Assembly: GCA_963514005.1 (NCBI GenBank)
Contig: OY740815.1
Span: 4,712,001-4,776,000, forward strand
DNA from: Raja brachyura
Taxonomy: Eukaryota
DNA: 64,000 nucleotides
Direction: 5' to 3'
Both the position numbers and the translations under genes were made by a program. The notes below the pieces were generated by a model, which made no database searches, was not told where the DNA came from, and saw only the letters and a program-made list of their open reading frames with translations. Below, one piece after another: positions 61,136 through 64,000 of this stretch. Within the stretch, counting starts at the first letter, position 1. Each line of letters opens with the position of its first letter.

Positions 61136-62661
61136 CTTCTTTCTCCACGGATGCTGCACGACCTGCTGAATATTTCCACTGCTCTCTGGTTGTTCCAGGT
61201 TGTTATGTATGTGCCTTTGTAAATGACGCCTCTCATGGAGGTGTACAAGTTCAGGAGAGGAACCAATATGGTAAATGCACAGTCTTTTGCCCAGAGTCGG
61301 GGAATTGAAAACCAGGGGACATGGGGTTCTGGTGAAGCGGGGAAAGATTTAATAGGTACCTGAGGGATAACCTTTTTTCACACAAAGGGTGGTGGGTGTA
61401 TGGAACGAGCAGCAGTTGAGGTTGGGACTATCATATGTTTAAGAAACATTTAGACAGGTACATGGATAGTTAAGAATGCCCTGTGCATGACCCCACCAGT
61501 CTTTATGAAGGACCTTGTCCTTAATTCCAATCACTCAGAGAAATCTCGTGAACCTACGCTGCACTGCCTCAATCACAAGTATGTCCTTCCTCAAATTAGG
61601 AGACCAAAACTAGACCAAAGCTTTAAAAGTAAAGTGGATAGCTATATGGACGGGAAAGGAATGGAGGGGTATGGTCTGAGTGCAGGTAGAATGGACTAGG
61701 GGAAAATAAATGGTCGGCACGGACTGGAAGGGCCGAGAAGGCCTGTTTCCGTGCTGTAATTGTTATATGGTTATATGGTTTAGAGGGATATGGACCAAAC
61801 GCAGGCAGGTGGGACTAATATAGATGGTACATGTTGGTTGGCAGGGGCAAGTTGGGCCGATGGGCCTCTCTTCCTTGTCGTATGACTCTATGATTCTATG
61901 ACCAGCAACTCAATTATTTGCCTTACACGGGTGTAAGAGACAAGGTACATCTTCTCTCTGTTTCTGAGGCTGAATGTTATGGAGCCATTAATCTGCACAG
62001 GTCAGAAACAGGCCCTTTGGCCCACTATGCTGACCAAGATCCGTTTAGTTCATCATCATGTGCACCGAGGTACAGTAAAAAGCTTTTGTCCTGTGCTATC
62101 CTGTACGATGGCAAACTGGACTAGTCCCTTGTGCCTGCTCACATCACCTCTGAACCCTTCCTATCCATATATCTATCCAAACGTCTGTTGAGAGTTGCCA
62201 TTGTATTTGCCTCAAGAACCTCCTCTGGCAGCTCATTCCAGGGTTGGACTATCCTCTGAGTGGAAAAAATTGCTCCTGAGGGATTTTATCAATGTCATTC
62301 ACTCCTGCCCTGTGAAATCCCCGTGATCGTATTTGCGTTGTCTAGAATGCCATGCGTTGTAGTGACATTGCACCTGTGCACATCTGCCCAGATGCTGCAA
62401 CGATATTCATGTCACTCAGCCCTCGAGGCACATTTGAGCAAAGTAAAATTCCTCTCCCAGTTCAGTAGATCCCTGCAAAGCTGCGCTGCTGGACGACGGG
62501 CTTCCGTCCTAGTGGTAGCGCAACCTCATACAATCCTCTAGAAGAAGGGGCAAGACAGCTTGATGGTCTTGTGTCCCAAAGAGAACAATGACATTCTTAC
62601 TTGAAACAGCATAACAGACCATGTAAACTTGGCACTCTGTAAACAACGTAATAAAGGACAA

Positions 62662-62666
<5 letters not shown>

Positions 62667-62747
<81 letters not shown>

Positions 62748-62812
62748 GCAGATATATATATACACACACACGCAGATATATATATATATACACACACACA
62801 CGCAGATATATA
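62667..62812. repeat. (TA)n microsatellite followed by compound (CA)nCGCAGA(TA)n repeats
   Basis: Seen directly; runs into the gap. Confidence 0.97.
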
Positions 62813-63134
62813 NNNNNNNNNNNNNNNNNNNNNNNNNNNNNNNNNNNNNNNNNNNNNNNNNNNNNNNNNNNNNNNNNNNNNNNNNNNNNNNNNNNNNNNN
62901 NNNNNNNNNNNNNNNNNNNNNNNNNNNNNNNNNNNNNNNNNNNNNNNNNNNNNNNNNNNNNNNNNNNNNNNNNNNNNNNNNNNNNNNNNNNNNNNNNNNN
63001 NNNNNNNNNNNNNNNNNNNNNNNNNNNNNNNNNNNNNNNNNNNNNNNNNNNNNNNNNNNNNNNNNNNNNNNNNNNNNNNNNNNNNNNNNNNNNNNNNNNN
63101 NNNNNNNNNNNNNNNNNNNNNNNNNNNNNNNNNN
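62813..63134. other. Assembly gap (N run)
   Basis: 322 N characters. Confidence 1.
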
Positions 63135-63664
63135 ATTTGGAGGTTGTAGTGTTTTGTAGCCGGATGGTATTGCATGCAACATATTTTTGAGAATGATGCA
63201 CACTTGTACTACTTTGACTTGTAGATATGCTGTGATAGACAGTTTCAACCCGAGATACAGGCCGTACATGGTTTTTTTAGGTTAACCTGTTATCATTTAC
63301 TTGCAAAATATTTTGCGGATATTGCCCATATTTGATGTTTTGACATAAAGTGGCTGAGATGGGCTGCAAGTTCTGTTTTAGTCTTTTTATCAGCTAAAGA
63401 TTGTGAGAACATTTGGCCTTCTGGCATTGCACTAATATTATTGTCTATGTGCCTGGTTCTGTCCACTGCTCCCAGGGACATAATCTCAGCTTTACCAATA
63501 TCTCCCCCACGTTACTTGAGAAAATGGTTGGAGTGTGTGAGTGAGAGATGTACGATCTGGAGACTGACCTGTAATCCGACATTATGCGGTGAAATCTCTA
63601 AGTTGCAAACCTTCTCTTTGTCTTTTTTTGAATATTACAGTATTGATTGCAGTCATAGAGTGAC

Positions 63665-64000
63665 AGACAACAGACAATAGGTGCAGGAGTAGGCCATTCG
63701 GCCCTTCGAGCCAGCACCGCCATTCAATGTGATCATGGCTGATCATCCCCCAATCAGTACCCCGTTCCTGTCTTCTCCCTATATCCCCTGACTAGCTATC
63801 TTTAAGAGCCCTATCTAGCTCTCTCTTGAAAGTATCCAGAGAACCGGCCTCCATCGCCCTCTGAGGCAGAGAATTCCACAGACTCGTCACTCTGTGAGAA
63901 AAAGTGTTTCCTCGTCTACGTTAAATGGCTTACTCCTTATTCTTAAACTGTGTGGCCCCTGGTTCTGGACTCCCCCAACATCGGGAACATGTTTCCTGCC
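63665..64000 (-). mobile_element. CR1 LINE 3' fragment (continues beyond the window)
   Basis: Reverse complement of the CR1 tail and TRGHSL region. Confidence 0.88.

Noticed and set aside
62509-63269. Long ORFs spanning the (TA)n repeat and N run
   Set aside because: Artefacts of the microsatellite and the assembly gap.

Overview
Eukaryotic (vertebrate) genomic DNA. The HE1-like V-SINE/CR1 (HER1-like)/Rex1/Penelope repeat content points to a cartilaginous fish, probably a skate or ray (inference). The + strand carries the last nine coding exons of the MYST histone acetyltransferase KAT6A (MOZ), 2407-34317, with a 3' UTR to about 36.95 kb. About 20 kb downstream is the first coding exon of the long/neuronal ANK1 isoform (56780-56905), the same KAT6A-ANK1 order as in mammals. 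Introns and the intergenic region are packed with mobile DNA: a near-complete Rex1/Babar LINE with an uninterrupted EN-RT frame, CR1, L2 and L1 fragments, tRNA-derived V-SINEs, Penelope-derived repeats with hammerhead cores, and at least 10 PIF/Harbinger-type MITEs. Most notable: (1) a ~140-nt SINE-like retroposon present twice, whose fixed 5' end folds as a minimal HDV-like ribozyme; (2) a second, RTE-derived element with an HDV-like 5' fold; (3) Harbinger MITEs whose TWA target duplications often differ only at the central base; (4) a truncated Harbinger end with TATA, Inr and ATG; (5) local inverted templated duplications. Family assignments come from remembered motifs, not database searches, and repeat boundaries are approximate unless a TIR or TSD defines them.
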